From Candidatus Moanibacter sp. (lineage in GTDB: Bacteria > Verrucomicrobiota > Verrucomicrobiia > Opitutales > UBA2987): a stretch of 64,000 nt of DNA. The notes below the pieces were generated by a model. That model was not told where the DNA came from, searched no databases, and worked only from the letters and a program-made list of their open reading frames with translations. Positions 1 to 11,773 of the stretch are shown here, in pieces. Numbering within the stretch: the first letter of the stretch is position 1; every line of letters starts with the position of its first letter. Where the stretch lies: the NCBI GenBank assembly GCA_965215885.1, contig CBDCEW010000090.1, forward strand, positions 54,393 to 118,392, given 5' to 3'. Position numbers and translations under genes: made by a program.

Positions 1-956
1 GGTCGTTTCCTGGACCGTCACCCGCTACGATGAATACTCCTGGTTCAAGGCTCATCTTCCCCACGGAGATCTTCACTCCCGCCTGAATTGCGTCGGCGCG
101 CAGCTCGGTGCCGATTGTTTCTTCAAACCGCTTGAATCCGCGTTGCCCGATATACTTCAGACGTGCCTCCACCGAAAGATCATCGGAATGGAATAGAGTG
201 TAGTCAAAGTTGACACCGAATGTATTGTAGAGATCGTCCCCAATGTAATCGTACAATGTCAGGATTGTCTTCTCCACTCCAGTAAACGAAGCCTCGACGA
301 ACTGAAAACCGGTCGTCGAATAGGTTACGCCCTCGGTTCTCTCGATCGGGATAAAATTCACCGCCGTTCCACCTGAGGTGAGATCGTCGCGCGAGCTCCA
401 ACTGCTGAACTTGTCCAGGATGCCGGCACTGAGCTTCAGGCCCTCGAAGTGACCTAAATCAAAAACGATCGCTTCGTAGGCCTGTTCCTTCTGTCGAATA
501 TTGTAGGTGGCAGCGAATGTGAGGTCGATACGCTGACGTCCAAAAGTCAAAGATGATTCCTTAAGACCCAGATTATCCAAATCAAACCGAAGGAAAGCAT
601 TATTTCAGAAGAGAATAATCGGAGTTTGACAGGACGTAGGCGGGGTCTTGATTGCCAAAGGCTTCTCTATTGCCGACGGAATAGAACTTCCAAGCATAAA
701 TATATTGAAGACCAAAGGAGAAACCGCCGACCTTGGGACTTATGTAATTGAGGGTTGCAGCGGTAGTACCCGAATGAAGATCGCGGTCCCGGGAACCGCT
801 CTCGGAGAAATGACGTCCCATAAATAGGGTCTGAATTCTTCCCGAGATCTTTCCGTATCCATTCTGATCCAGCTTTTCAAGAAATGACACCTTTTCCTGG
901 CTGAAGGCGGAGCAGATGGTCAGAACGAACGCGAATACAACCGTGAGATTCCTCAT
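1..956 (-). pseudogene. Outer-membrane porin (OprD-like), broken by several single-base frameshifts; runs off the window start
   Basis: The signal-peptide ORF 956..600 continues in a shifted frame (NNAFLRFDLDNLGLKESSLTFGRQRIDL...YEAIVF...DKFSSWSSRD) with further shifts near 330, 300 and 60. Alternating beta-strand pattern. Indels may be assembly errors. Confidence 0.55.
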
Positions 957-974
957 CGTTTCAAGATCACCGGC

Positions 975-2776
975 CTATACTTTTTCCAGCTGGGCTCGCA
1001 GCTGGGCGACGATTTCGGGGTACTCGGCAAGAATGCGCTTAATCTCGGTAACGTCTAAACTCTGCAGCACGTCTCGCAACCTTTCTGCAAAGGTATTAAG
1101 GGCGGGAATATCGTGTTCGGACCCTAAGGCCCCGACCCCTTGAGCAAACCCCTTAATGCGCGCCACCCTCCGTCGTTTGGCGCAGTTTTTGTATTCTTCC
1201 ATCAGCTCTCCTTCGAGTCGAACGAGCAATTCCTCCACCGATGACTTTTGACCAAGCTCCAGAGCGCCAACACTGGAAGAAGCCTTCTCTTTGAGGTCAA
1301 TGTCCTTGAGGCCCGCTCTGCTGGTTTCCCGTTGCGTGCTTTCATATTTCAAAAATCGTTTCAACTCACCGATTATCTGCCACCGCTGAACCGGTTTTGA
1401 CAGGTAACCGTTGAGACGCAATTCGGGTACGAGAATCTCTTCGGGTTGCGATGATGAGGCGGTCAACACTACAATCGGAGTATCTCCGACTTCCGGATCG
1501 TCCCTTATAAGACTGGTTGATTTCTTTCCGTCCATTATCGGCATGGATATGTCCATGATGATTAAATCCGGACGCTCCTGTTTTGCCATCTGATATCCAA
1601 CTAGACCGTTTGCTGCTTCCAGGACGGTTAAACCGGTGTCTTCCAGGAATTCTTTTACAAGGGCGCGATTGAGATCGTTGTCCTCAACAACAAGAACGGT
1701 TGCGGGATCGAAAGACACTTCTTCTCTCGCCCTTACATCTTCGATACCAGGCTGAACCTTTGAGATTGCGGGAACCTCCAGGTCCTCCAACGTCACGGTA
1801 ACGGTCGTACCTTTACCCAGTTCGCTGTCCAACGAGATCGATCCACCTAGGAGGTGGACGAGACGTTTCGTGATAGCGAGACCCAGCCCCGCTCCTTCAA
1901 ATGCCCGAGTGCTTTGACCGCTCTGTTGCTCGAAGGCCTCGAATATTCGCTCTTTTTCCGCGTCTCTTATACCGACTCCAGAGTCCGCAATTTCGAATCT
2001 CAAGGTTATCTTGCTTTTGAATTCGGCGGAGTAGTCCTTTTCCGCGGCGAGACGTACAAACCCCTGTTCGGTAAATTTCACGGCGTTGCCCATGAGATTG
2101 AACAGCACCTGCCGCAGGCGTACTTCATCGAGCAAGATCCATTCCGGTAGACCGGGATCGACCTCCATGATGAGTTCGAGGCCCTTCTCCTCCGCTCTGA
2201 GACTGAAAATCTCACCGGCATCGTTCAGAATCGCTGAAACATTTACGGGTTCCCATTCGATGTTAAGCCTGCCCGCTTCGATCTTTGACAGATCGAGAAT
2301 ATCATTAATCAGGCGCAAAAGTGTCTTACCGCTGGCTGAAATGGAATCGAGATACTGTCGAAGTGTCTCATCTTCAATTTTCCGTTCCAACAGCTCCGAA
2401 AATCCGAGAATCGCATTCATGGGAGTACGAATCTCATGACTCATATTAGCCAGAAACTCGCTTTTCGCTCGATTTGCGAGGTTCGCTGACTCCTCTGCTT
2501 CTTCAGCCGCTTCTTTAGCCTCCTGCAGTTCCGCCGTCCGTATGGCTACCTTGTCTTCGAGCTCTCGATTGTACGATTGCAGTTGGGAGCTTTTCTCGCG
2601 GATGTCAGCCGCCATTTCGGAAAATTCCTTGGCCAGGGCGCCGATTTCATCCCCTGATTTGAGAAGCGATCCCATCCTGTCGAACTCCTGCGTCTCGCCG
2701 GTATTCTCCCCGACCGGATTTAAAGCCGCTACCTCGTGCGTGAGGTTTCGGACCGGTCTGACGACAATAAACCAGA
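975..2776 (-). pseudogene. Hybrid sensor histidine kinase (HAMP-HisKA-HATPase-REC-Hpt-like), 5'-truncated by the IS4 element
   Basis: [17 protein letters not shown]-box, G-boxes (DSGVG, GAGLGL) and receiver LIIMDISMP. The frame stays open upstream of M2675 ([15 protein letters not shown]) up to the IS end at 2777; the sensor N-terminus is missing. Confidence 0.85.
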
Positions 2777-4095
2777 CAGTACTGTCCGGTTATAAGTCAA
2801 ACAACTCCAACTGTTTAGGAATGCGGTGTTCATTGAAAGTGTAATCGGTTTCTGTAAGTAGTTCAGTCATAGGAGTTTTCTCAAATAGGGTGAAGCTGAG
2901 AATCTGTAGGATTTTGTGCAAACTGATCTCCAGGCGAAGGCGTTTGCGGATGATGGCGATGAGCACATAGACGCTGACGGCAATCCAGATTTGAGTCTTC
3001 ACAGCATTCTCGGAGGTGCCGAAAAAGCTCTTGATGCGCAAGTGCTGTTTGATCCATTTGAAGAACAATTCGATCTGCCAGCGTAAACGGTAAATCTGGG
3101 TGATGATTATGGCTGGGAGGGCAAACTGGTTGGTGAGAAACACGAAGCGCTCGGAACTGTCGGGGTCGAGGTAAGTGATACGCCGGAGTCTTTCGGGGTA
3201 GGCCTTGGCAGGATAGAAGCTGACCAGGGCAACGGTCTGGTCCGAACGCAGACCGGTTGATTTGTCGACCTTTTGAGAGTAGAGGCGGCGAAACTGAAAG
3301 CCGCGGCGGGCGCGTGTGACGAAGAAAGAACCGCATTGTGCGATCCGATAGAGGCGCTCGTAATGCAGATAGGCTCGGTCCATTACATAGTAAGCACCGG
3401 CCTCGGGGATGATGAGATCCAGAATGTTTACGTCGTGAACTTTTCCATCGGTAATCTCGATAAAATAAGGGATAGAGCCTCTGAGATCGAGAAGCGTATG
3501 GACCTTCACCGCCCCCTTGTGCTTGCGGAAACGTGCCCACGGGAAGAGTGATAGACATAGATCGATCGTGGTGGAGTCCAGAGCGTAGAGCGTATTGTCC
3601 AGGTCGATGCCCAGATCCTCGTTTGAATACAAAGGACGAGCCATTGCGATGAGGACCTGTGCAAAGTCGGCGTAGCTGCGCCAGTCTCGTTTCTCGTTGG
3701 CATCGGCGAGCGTGCTTTTGGATACTCCGCTTCGAATCCCTGCGTGGTATAGTTTTGGTTGTACTGCCCGCAGGCAGGTTTCGATGTCGCGCAGACTCTC
3801 CCGGTAGGTCAACTCGGCAAAACCCATGCAGAGAAATTGTTCGAAGCAACTGAACTTTTGAACTTTGTAGTCGCCTCCGTAGCGTTGGACGCAACGATGG
3901 AACTGATGGCGCGGAAGATAATCTATGATTTGAGAAAAAACGAATCGACCTGTATACATGATTTGGACCCTCGAAATTTTTGAGAGTCCACAAGGCTTTT
4001 TGCAATTTCAAGTCGAAAACAGCAGAAATCATATGTAAAATGTTGGTTATCAATCGATTAACCTGCGTTCCTAGAAAAACAACCGGACAGTAGTG
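2777..4095 (-). mobile_element. IS4-family insertion sequence
   Basis: TIRs CAGTACTGTCCGGTT (2777-2791) and AACCGGACAGTAGTG (4081-4095), 14/15 match. No target duplication. Confidence 0.9.
2790..3959 (-). CDS. IS4-family DDE transposase (DUF4372-type N-terminus)
   Basis: ALDSTTIDL, VMDRAY and YRLRWQIELFFKWIK (YREK-type) motifs. Confidence 0.92.
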   Translation of the reverse strand: MYTGRFVFSQIIDYLPRHQFHRCVQRYGGDYKVQKFSCFEQFLCMGFAELTYRESLRDIETCLRAVQPKLYHAGIRSGVSKSTLADANEKRDWRSYADFAQVLIAMARPLYSNEDLGIDLDNTLYALDSTTIDLCLSLFPWARFRKHKGAVKVHTLLDLRGSIPYFIEITDGKVHDVNILDLIIPEAGAYYVMDRAYLHYERLYRIAQCGSFFVTRARRGFQFRRLYSQKVDKSTGLRSDQTVALVSFYPAKAYPERLRRITYLDPDSSERFVFLTNQFALPAIIITQIYRLRWQIELFFKWIKQHLRIKSFFGTSENAVKTQIWIAVSVYVLIAIIRKRLRLEISLHKILQILSFTLFEKTPMTELLTETDYTFNEHRIPKQLELFDL

Positions 4096-5725
4096 ATCAT
4101 ACATCGATCTTCATCGAAGAAGCGATCCCTGGGGTAATGATTTTTATTTTCGATCGAGCAATGGTTGCGAATTTTCGAGAGGAACTGTTGAGGGCTCAAA
4201 TCGGCGGGATCGAGACTGCTTACGTAGTAAGAGCGTTCAGAGGAAGGTTCAGCTTTGTTTGGATAATGGAAGGTGCGTTGCACACAGGCGAACTGGCGGG
4301 CATGGGGCAGGCCGGCAGAGGGAGCGCTTAGAGAATGGGTTGCTATTTGACGTATTTCGAGTCGCCCATGGTCATTGTCCACGGTTTGGTGGAGAAAAAG
4401 GGGGTGGAGCTGAAGAGATTCTGAGCGTATTGATGCATGTTGGGCTGATTGTCTTTAATTTGAATAACATAGTCAGCACTGAGTTCTTCGACGACGATGT
4501 GGGCAGTTTCTTTTTGATTATGCATGGCGTCGAAGGTGAAGGTGGAGCCGTCCAAAATGGGCATCTTTCGCAAGAGAGTCTGGGCGGCGGTGATCTCGTT
4601 GGATTTATCGGCGGTAGCGACTTGGGCTAAGGTTTGAGCGCTTTGGTGATCGACTGCGGCCACCAGGTGCAGAGCCTTTGATTCTTCGGTGTTTGTGCCT
4701 TTGAGGGTCTTGCCGTCGACGGCAATATCGCGGGGCAAACAGCCGTCTTGTAAGCAGATGAATTCGGTGAGGGTTTTATCGAAGAGCTCGGCCTTTACGT
4801 TTTGCAAGACCCGATAGAAGACATCATAGCAAGGGGCCTTATAGCGGCCTGTTTTGGGGTTTTTCCAGGAGCGTAAGGCGCGCAATTGGGCTTGATTGAG
4901 ATGATGGGCCAGGCGCACGATGCCCTTGAGGGTCTGTTTGCCGCACATCGTGCCGAGCACAATCATGCTCAGGACCGTGGCGAGCCGATATCTAAGGCCC
5001 GCTTTACGACGGAAGTCTTCTATCTGATTGAAGCGTTCCCACAGGCTGCTCATCTGTTCCACTTTGAGGCAGACCGCATGGGAGTTATCGGTTTCATTGA
5101 GCGCCTGGCTCTGTGCCGCGGGCAATGGCCCTGAAGCGCGCAAAAGCTCAAGGGCATTAGCCTTGAGGGGTTTGACCCAGATCTGCTTGGGACGCTCATG
5201 GCGTTGATAGAAATCTTCGCGTTGGCGGCCATATCCCGCGCTCAAGCCCAAGGGCGTCCACCCGCTCGCTTCGTAGCAAGTGCCCCGGTGAATCTGTGGG
5301 TCCACGAACGTTTCCGCTACTAAGGGACGATAGCCAAAAGCCTCCTGCCAGTGATCGGCTAAGACTCTCAGGCACATACCCAACGTCTTGGAGGCCAAAT
5401 TTGCAAGATCCACCCCGGGCAAAATCAGAAAACGCCGGTTCTGTACTACCAGTTTCAATCGTGCATGCCGTTGCGCCCCGTCCCACCCGATCCATTCGTC
5501 TCGATCCTTCAGCCGGTAGGATGCGGCCCCCCACAAGAGCAGGCCCATCCATTGCCCGTCGATCTGCGCCACATAGCGCAGGGTCTCTCCTGCGCTGCCC
5601 GCACTGTGTAAATAATGATGTTGTTTCAATAGATCATTGAATCGCTCCTGCTCTTCGGGCAGGACCAGACGCAGAGTTAAACGATCTATCGAAGGATTCA
5701 GTTGGTAAGATTTTTTGTCTTTCAT
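4096..5725 (-). CDS. DUF4338/DruA-like domain fused to ISAs1 DDE transposase, in two frames (ORFs 4343..5725 and 4071..4382); truncated
   Basis: N-terminal HHYL...RDEWIGW...NRRFLILP...GTCYEASGW; then IAVDGKTLKG, KSNEITAA, TFDAMHNQ, IKDNQP; second frame HGRLEIR...RNHCSIEN. Confidence 0.85.
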
Positions 5726-5820
5726 CCCATCTTAACATGACTGATTCCCTCGGGTTTGTTTAGCTCTTTTTTTATCTTCTTGCTTATCAGCTAGTTGCTT
5801 CCTGGAATCCTTTTACCCTG
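4096..5820 (-). mobile_element. ISAs1-type element, copy 1, 3'-truncated by the IS4 element
   Basis: Near-identical to 53287-55010. Begins CAGGGTAAAAGG on the minus strand. Identity to copy 2 stops at the IS4 TIR. Confidence 0.9.
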
Positions 5821-6017
5821 AGGTATGCCCCGGGTTCGATCGAATTGGCTTGCATGATCATCGAAAAGCATGACTAAGGAAGCTGCCGCGGAAATTTTAA
5901 TGTTTTCAAGTGACAATTTTTCAGGTAAGGGTTCTGCTTCCGATTAAGGGCGCAAGTGTTCAGACTGCTCTGGCATTGGATATACTTAATTGTGAAACAC
6001 GACACTAGAGTAGAAAC

Positions 6018-6602
6018 ATGAAAATCCTTATTGCCGAGGATGATTTAATATCGCGCAGACTGCTCTGCACAACACTGGAACAGTTTGGGCACGAGATTCT
6101 TGCCTTCAACGATGGGGAAGAGGCCTGGATATCTTTCAATGAGGAGCCCGTCCGAGCTATTGTGAGCGATTGGCTAATGCCGAAGCTCGATGGGCTTGAG
6201 TTTTGCCGGCGGGTACGTGCGAGAGAAAATACGGAGTACACCTATTTTATCCTTCTTACGGCAAACATTGAGGGGAAGGATTCGTATATGGAAGCGATGC
6301 AGGCAGGGATCGACGATTTTCTGGCAAAACCTCTTGATCGTGATCAGATCTGGATGCGTTTGCGAGTAGCAGAACGAATCCTGCGTTACACGACCGAGAT
6401 CAGCAATTTGGAAAGCATGCTGCCTATCTGTTCATACTGTAAGAAAATCAGAGATGACAACAATTATTGGCAACAGGTGGAGACGTATATAGGAGGAAAA
6501 ACAGGAACCAATTTCAGTCATAGCGTATGTCCACAATGCTATGAATCGATTATTGAGCCTCAGTTGGAGAAGCTTCGTCAATCGGAGGAGAACTCAAATT
6601 AG
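6018..6602 (+). CDS. Response regulator (REC plus C-terminal CxxC...CxxC domain)
   Basis: ILIAEDD, SDWLMP, KP; LPICSYCKKIRD...SHSVCPQC. Confidence 0.9.
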   Translation: MKILIAEDDLISRRLLCTTLEQFGHEILAFNDGEEAWISFNEEPVRAIVSDWLMPKLDGLEFCRRVRARENTEYTYFILLTANIEGKDSYMEAMQAGIDDFLAKPLDRDQIWMRLRVAERILRYTTEISNLESMLPICSYCKKIRDDNNYWQQVETYIGGKTGTNFSHSVCPQCYESIIEPQLEKLRQSEENSN

Positions 6603-6709
6603 GTACTAGGATTCATAATTACGGTAATGTATGCCGAGGCGATTTTGTATGGAGGGGGAGGCGGTCGTGTCGTGCCTCTTCGAGAGGCTTTGCGCTACTC
6701 GACAGATTC

Positions 6710-6974
6710 CTAAAAGAGCCGAAAGGCCTTCATACTTTCCATCGCCGCCCAGATCAGAAGAGCAAAAGCTACAATTGCCAAAAAGCGCAAAGCGAAACGT
6801 CGCAATTTGCTCGCTCCCTCATACTTACCGAAACTGCTCTGAAAGAAATTTGAAGAATCCAAGAATCCGAAAAAGCCGGCTCCGAAGATATTCTTAAACC
6901 TGCGCTTATCAATCCCATACTTATCGGATCGTTGTCTACGGCGGGCTCGCCACACAAAAAATCGTCTTAACATC
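6710..6974 (-). CDS. Hypothetical small membrane protein (start uncertain)
   Basis: ORF with a C-terminal hydrophobic helix (FLAIVAFALLIWAAMES). Confidence 0.45.
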
Positions 6975-7060
6975 ACGAAAAGCTCCAGATGTATAAGACG
7001 AGGAAGAATAAGAAGTGGCAAGATTGAAAGGCATGGAGGAGTTGTTCAGTCGCAACTGAG

Positions 7061-8059
7061 ATGAACTTTTGCATACTCGGAGCGGGTGCTTGGGGAACGG
7101 CGATGGCTCTACATCTGGCCCGTCAAAAGCATACCGTCACTTTGGTGCCGAGGCGCATGGAGCATGCCTTGGAGCTTTCTTCGAGTCGCGAGAACAGACG
7201 CTATTTGCCGGGACACCAGCTGCAAAACAGCATACAGATAGGTTGGGAGCTGAAGCCGGTGCTTATGGAGGTAGATGTAGTACTTCTGGCTTGCCCTTCC
7301 AAGGGTTTGAGAGATGTCTGCCAAAAGGTGAAGGAACAGATCGGCGTGGCCCAGCAACTTAAGCTTTTGGTGGGACTCAGCAAAGGTCTGGAGGAGGGGA
7401 CGAATCTCCTACCCTCTGAAGTGATTGCATCTGTCCTATCCGACTACGAAGTAGGTGTCTTGACGGGGCCCACTTATGCGGGCGAGGTAGCGACAGGCAA
7501 GCCGACTGCTATTGTGTTTGGAACGAATAAAGATTCGGAGTTTACTCTGGCGCTTCAAGAGGCGATTAGCGACCAGAGTTTGCGCGTTTATCGGACAGCT
7601 GACCCCAAAGGAGTGGGATTAGGCTCCTGTCTCAAGAATGTCTACGCCATTGCCGCAGGAATTTGTGACGGATTGAAATTGGGAGACAATGCGAAAGCGG
7701 CGCTTATTACACGGTCTCTTGCCGAAATGGTACGATTGGGTGCAAGTTTAGGGGGACAGGTTGACACGTTCTACGGACTAAGTGGATTTGGCGATCTCGT
7801 TGCAACATGTAATGGAACATGGAGTCGAAATCGGAAATTCGGGAAACTGATCGCGGAAGGCCAACCGATTGAGAGTCTCATAGCGGACAGTAAAATGACA
7901 GTCGAAGGCTATCGGACCACCGACTGTTTCTACCGTCTCTGCCAGGAAAAGCAGCTCGAAGCACCGATACTCAATGAGATAGAGGCTGTTCTATTCCGAG
8001 AAAAGGAACCGTCCCTCGTTCTCAAGTCACTGATGAATCGAGACTTGAAGGCTGAGTAG
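7061..8059 (+). CDS. gpsA: NAD(P)H-dependent glycerol-3-phosphate dehydrogenase
   Basis: [34 protein letters not shown]. Confidence 0.95.
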   Translation: MNFCILGAGAWGTAMALHLARQKHTVTLVPRRMEHALELSSSRENRRYLPGHQLQNSIQIGWELKPVLMEVDVVLLACPSKGLRDVCQKVKEQIGVAQQLKLLVGLSKGLEEGTNLLPSEVIASVLSDYEVGVLTGPTYAGEVATGKPTAIVFGTNKDSEFTLALQEAISDQSLRVYRTADPKGVGLGSCLKNVYAIAAGICDGLKLGDNAKAALITRSLAEMVRLGASLGGQVDTFYGLSGFGDLVATCNGTWSRNRKFGKLIAEGQPIESLIADSKMTVEGYRTTDCFYRLCQEKQLEAPILNEIEAVLFREKEPSLVLKSLMNRDLKAE

Positions 8060-8555
8060 CATTTGCACTTTGCGCCGGATCCGCGAATTTGCGGGACAGC
8101 GCATCGGCAACATTTTTTGGAACCAATTTTTCAATATTTCCCGAAAAACGAGCAACCTGCTTGATGAGGCGTGAGCTAGTAAAGAAATAATCCTGGTTCG
8201 GCATTAAGAATATGGTTTCCAACTCGCTCGACAGATGGCGATTCATCTGCGTCATCTGAAACTCGAACTCGAAATCGGAGATCGCCCTCAATCCTCTCAC
8301 AATTGCGCTGGCACCCAACTCTTGAGCATAATCCACAAGGAGGCCGTTGAATGAAGTTGCCTCCGAATTTAAGTCATCGGGCAGATTTTCCCTTATCAAT
8401 AAAAGGCGTTCTTCTACGGTAAAAAGAGGCCCCTTATCATTGTCATACGCGACTGCAATAATTACTTTATCAAACAATCGGCATGCGCGGAAGAGGACAT
8501 CGAGGTGTCCGTTGGTTGGGGGATCGAATGTTCCCGGATAAATACCGATCCTCAT
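8022..8555 (-). CDS. coaD: Phosphopantetheine adenylyltransferase
   Basis: [27 protein letters not shown]. Confidence 0.95.
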   Translation of the reverse strand: MRIGIYPGTFDPPTNGHLDVLFRACRLFDKVIIAVAYDNDKGPLFTVEERLLLIRENLPDDLNSEATSFNGLLVDYAQELGASAIVRGLRAISDFEFEFQMTQMNRHLSSELETIFLMPNQDYFFTSSRLIKQVARFSGNIEKLVPKNVADALSRKFADPAQSANATQPSSLDSSVT

Positions 8556-8761
8556 TTAAACCTGTCGTTCTTTACGAATTGGCTTTTTGATCCTACTGAG
8601 GTAGTGCTTACTGTCGATACATTTTTGCTGGATCCACGGCCGCCGGAAAGTATGAAATAAGCTGACTAATCCCGGCAGGCCGCGATCGGACTTTATGCCA
8701 TTTCCCGAGGAGTTACCAGGTTTCTTTCCCATCCCGGCCGACCGGGACTAGAGACAAGAAA

Positions 8762-9358
8762 ATGAATTTACCAAATCTGCTGACCCTTTCCCGTATACCC
8801 CTGCTTTTTGTTATTTCCGGCCTGATCTACCTGGAGAAGCCGGGAGCTGCGTCATTAGCGTTTCTATTGTTCGTGTTTGCGGGGCTGACGGACTGGCTCG
8901 ACGGTTATATTGCTCGAAAGTATAACTTGATATCGAATTTCGGTAAACTGATGGATGCGCTGGCGGATAAAGTGATCATTGTAGGTATGTTCATTATTCT
9001 TCTGGCGATTGGGATGCTTCCGCCATGGGCGATCTGGTGTGTTCTTCTAATAGTGAGTCGCGAGTTTCTGGTTACGGGCTTGAGGCTCGTAGCGGCAGGT
9101 AAAGGAGTGGTCTTAGGCGCGGAGGCAACGGGCAAACATAAAACGGTGGTGCAAATCGTTTGTATCAGTGTGCTGCTTCTGGTACCGGTGCTGAAGAATG
9201 ATATTGGGTCCCTGACCGGTTGGAAATCGGGCGCTACTGTAGAATTTGTAGAATTGGTGGGTCTTATACTTTTTGTTGTAGCGACCATTTTAACGGTTTT
9301 TTCCGGCTGCAGGTATCTGGCGAAATACTGGGCGGTGATGTTCGAAGCACAGGGTTGA
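8762..9358 (+). CDS. pgsA: CDP-diacylglycerol--glycerol-3-phosphate 3-phosphatidyltransferase
   Basis: NLPNLLTLSR, TDWLDGYIAR...GKLMDALADK. Confidence 0.95.
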   Translation: MNLPNLLTLSRIPLLFVISGLIYLEKPGAASLAFLLFVFAGLTDWLDGYIARKYNLISNFGKLMDALADKVIIVGMFIILLAIGMLPPWAIWCVLLIVSREFLVTGLRLVAAGKGVVLGAEATGKHKTVVQIVCISVLLLVPVLKNDIGSLTGWKSGATVEFVELVGLILFVVATILTVFSGCRYLAKYWAVMFEAQG

Positions 9359-9865
9359 ATGCGGGTGTATCATAGCTGGGTTCGGATTCTTCCGACATCC
9401 GTGGTAAAGAATCTGGCCACCTTGGGACCGCTCGGCTATGTTAAGAAAGCTCCCGGTTCCGTGGCTACTGTAGCCGGATTGATCTGGTACACGGTGGTCT
9501 TCATGCAATTAGGGTATCCAGGGTATTTTTTCACCCTGATTCTTACAGGTTACTTGGCCGTTGAAATTTGCGGAGAAGCGGAGAAACGGATTTTCAAGAG
9601 GGATCCGAGTGAAGTGGTGCTGGACGAATTTGTGGCCGTGCCGGTATGTTTTATAGGTCTGCAGTATTCCATGACCCCCGAAAACACGTGGATCTTCATG
9701 ATCAGCGGATTTATCCTTTTTCGAGCTTTTGACATTTTTAAGCCGCTCGGAATAAAGGGAATTCAGAACCTTCCCTCGGGACTTGGGATCGTTCTGGATG
9801 ATGGGGCAGCGGCGCTCGCAACGTGTCTCTCTCTACATCTCCTCGTGTGGGTAATCACGGGCTAG
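9359..9865 (+). CDS. pgpA: Phosphatidylglycerophosphatase A
   Basis: APGS, DPSEVVLDE, FRAFDIFKP, GIVLDD. Confidence 0.92.
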   Translation: MRVYHSWVRILPTSVVKNLATLGPLGYVKKAPGSVATVAGLIWYTVVFMQLGYPGYFFTLILTGYLAVEICGEAEKRIFKRDPSEVVLDEFVAVPVCFIGLQYSMTPENTWIFMISGFILFRAFDIFKPLGIKGIQNLPSGLGIVLDDGAAALATCLSLHLLVWVITG

Positions 9866-9926
9866 GATTCTGTCGGAGTTTGAGTCTGAGGGGAAGAATG
9901 CGAGCTCGTAGGCTCAAGGATTGACC

Positions 9927-10031
9927 TGTCATTACGCAGTCTGATACACGGCAGACCGCGGCAATCCAGTGCCGCTCAGCGGAAAAATGCTTGATGCCTG
10001 GATCGCTTCGTCATTCTTCCTCGCAATGACA
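9927..10031. repeat. Palindromic element TGTCATT...GCAATCCAG...CTGGATCGC...GCAATGACA (family D)
   Basis: Nested inverted arms; related half copies at 59019-59056 and 61097-61178. Confidence 0.7.
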
Positions 10032-10131
10032 GCTGAATTGGTGCGGCAGGGAGATGATCTACAAAGGATCCCTCATATGTCGGACAGAAAATTAGCGTCC
10101 GATAGCCTCTACTGAGGGAAGAACTTTGGAC

Positions 10132-10159
10132 TTGACGAAAAGCTCCCGCTTTCCGCTAC
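10132..10159 (-). repeat. GTAG-type REP-like repeat overlapping the aroQ stop
   Basis: Reverse complement is identical over 28 nt to 42347-42374 (GTAGCGGAAAGCGGGAGCTTTTCGTCAA). Confidence 0.8.
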
Positions 10160-10593
10160 ACACCGGGTTCACTTAGGTAGCTCAGGGCGAAATGGTATCC
10201 CTTGAAACCAAGGCCCGCGATAACACCGCAACAGACAGGTGCGAGGAACGTTTTGTGTCTGAATTCCTCCCTCTGATGGATGTTGGATATATGGACCTCG
10301 ACAACCTGAAGGGCTGATGCCGAAATGGCATCTCGAATGGCAATGCTGGTATGGGTAAAGGCGCCGGCATTGATAATCATGCCGACAAACTTGCGGTCAG
10401 TCCATTCCGCGATTTTGTCGATGAGCGTCCCTTCGTTGTTCGATTGAAAACACTCGATCGCGACTTTCAAAGATTCCGCCAGGTTCTTGAGGGAATCCTC
10501 AAGATCGGTCAGCGAGCGGCTTCCATAGATTCCCGGTTCTCGTATTCCAAGACGGTCAAGATTAGGTCCGTTGAGAATTCCAATATTCTTCAT
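10156..10593 (-). CDS. aroQ: Type II 3-dehydroquinate dehydratase
   Basis: LNGPNLDRLGIREP, QSNNEG, EVHISNIHQREEFRH. Confidence 0.95.
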   Translation of the reverse strand: MKNIGILNGPNLDRLGIREPGIYGSRSLTDLEDSLKNLAESLKVAIECFQSNNEGTLIDKIAEWTDRKFVGMIINAGAFTHTSIAIRDAISASALQVVEVHISNIHQREEFRHKTFLAPVCCGVIAGLGFKGYHFALSYLSEPGV

Positions 10594-10654
10594 AGGGAGT
10601 GATCGAGAGACAGCAGATTCGAATGTTTAGTTTCTGTTTTCGAATTCCTTTTCC

Positions 10655-11683
10655 TCACACTTTACTGATGCGACAAGAGTGACAGGCAAAACCGGTTCCA
10701 AAAGAAGTGAGCCACAGGTCTTTACGCATCACATTATTTTCAAAAAACTGGTTGAGGGCGAAGAGGACGGATGGGCTGCTCATGTTGCCGAAGTTACGCA
10801 GGACCGCCTCGCTCTCACAGAAAGAGAATTTGGGCAGGGCGGTTTTAATCGCCTCGAGAACCTCCCTTCCGCCGGCATGCGAAATGATCTGTCCAATTTC
10901 GGCCATGTCGATGTCTGAAAACAGGGTAGAGACGGCTTTGGCGGCCTTTTCGGGAATGGGTTTGTGAAGAATGTTTCGCAATTTACCGTAGCGATTTACA
11001 AAGCGAAGAAGGTTTCGATCTTTGGGTAGATGAAGAAGATCGAAGCCATTACAGTGCAAACCGGTGGTCTCTTTGTTCATCGACCAGATAGAAGCGGAAG
11101 CACCATCGGCGAATATGCATGCGCTGATAAGGACGCCAGGATCGTTGTCGAGGTAAAATGCGGCCGAGCGGATTTCGACGGCGATGACTGCGACTTTAGA
11201 ATCGGAATGTGCTGTCAGGAAATTGCTGGCGCTGTGTAGAGAGGGAATGGCAGCTCCGCAGCCCAGGCCTACAATATCCTGCAAAAAAGTATTGGAGCGC
11301 ATATTCGTCTGTTCGGCGACATGGCTGCTAACGCCGGGGCAGATATACCCGGTACAGGTGCACACGATCAATGCGTCGATGTCCGAACTTTGCAGGTGCG
11401 CTTTTTCAAGTGCATCGAAAAGGGCAGTTCGGGCTAGTTTGGGCGCTTCACGCTCGAATGCGCGATTGAGCGTTTCGGCGTCGAATTCGAAGAGGCGTCC
11501 GAGATCGGGCAGGGCGAAGTGTCTCTTGTCAATGCCGTTGTCGCCGAGCAGAACTTTATTTACAAGACTAACGGAACGATTGCTGAGCCGTTTAGCGGTC
11601 TCGGATTCCTTGAACAGTTGCCAGCACTCTCTTTGCGTGAGACAGTGCTCGGGGACGGCATTCGCGATTGATTGGAGGAACAT
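10655..11683 (-). CDS. Type III polyketide synthase (chalcone/stilbene synthase-like)
   Basis: Catalytic triad context GLGCGA / SHAGG / FGNMSS. Confidence 0.9.
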   Translation of the reverse strand: MFLQSIANAVPEHCLTQRECWQLFKESETAKRLSNRSVSLVNKVLLGDNGIDKRHFALPDLGRLFEFDAETLNRAFEREAPKLARTALFDALEKAHLQSSDIDALIVCTCTGYICPGVSSHVAEQTNMRSNTFLQDIVGLGCGAAIPSLHSASNFLTAHSDSKVAVIAVEIRSAAFYLDNDPGVLISACIFADGASASIWSMNKETTGLHCNGFDLLHLPKDRNLLRFVNRYGKLRNILHKPIPEKAAKAVSTLFSDIDMAEIGQIISHAGGREVLEAIKTALPKFSFCESEAVLRNFGNMSSPSVLFALNQFFENNVMRKDLWLTSFGTGFACHSCRISKV

Positions 11684-11773
11684 ACTAATAGATCCTTTGG
11701 ATTTCCAATTTACGATGCTGATGCGAAACGTGACTGAAGTGGAGAAGGTTCGACGGGTTGTGCCATTGTGTAT

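Noticed and set aside
1..610. True pseudogenisation of the porin
   Set aside because: Several 1-bp indels with an otherwise intact reading; cannot be separated from low-coverage errors.
2881..4104. 407-aa ORF overlapping the IS4 transposase
   Set aside because: Alternate-frame shadow ORF with no recognisable motifs.
4343..5725. Druantia defence system
   Set aside because: Only the DUF4338-like domain inside an IS; no DruE helicase or other components.
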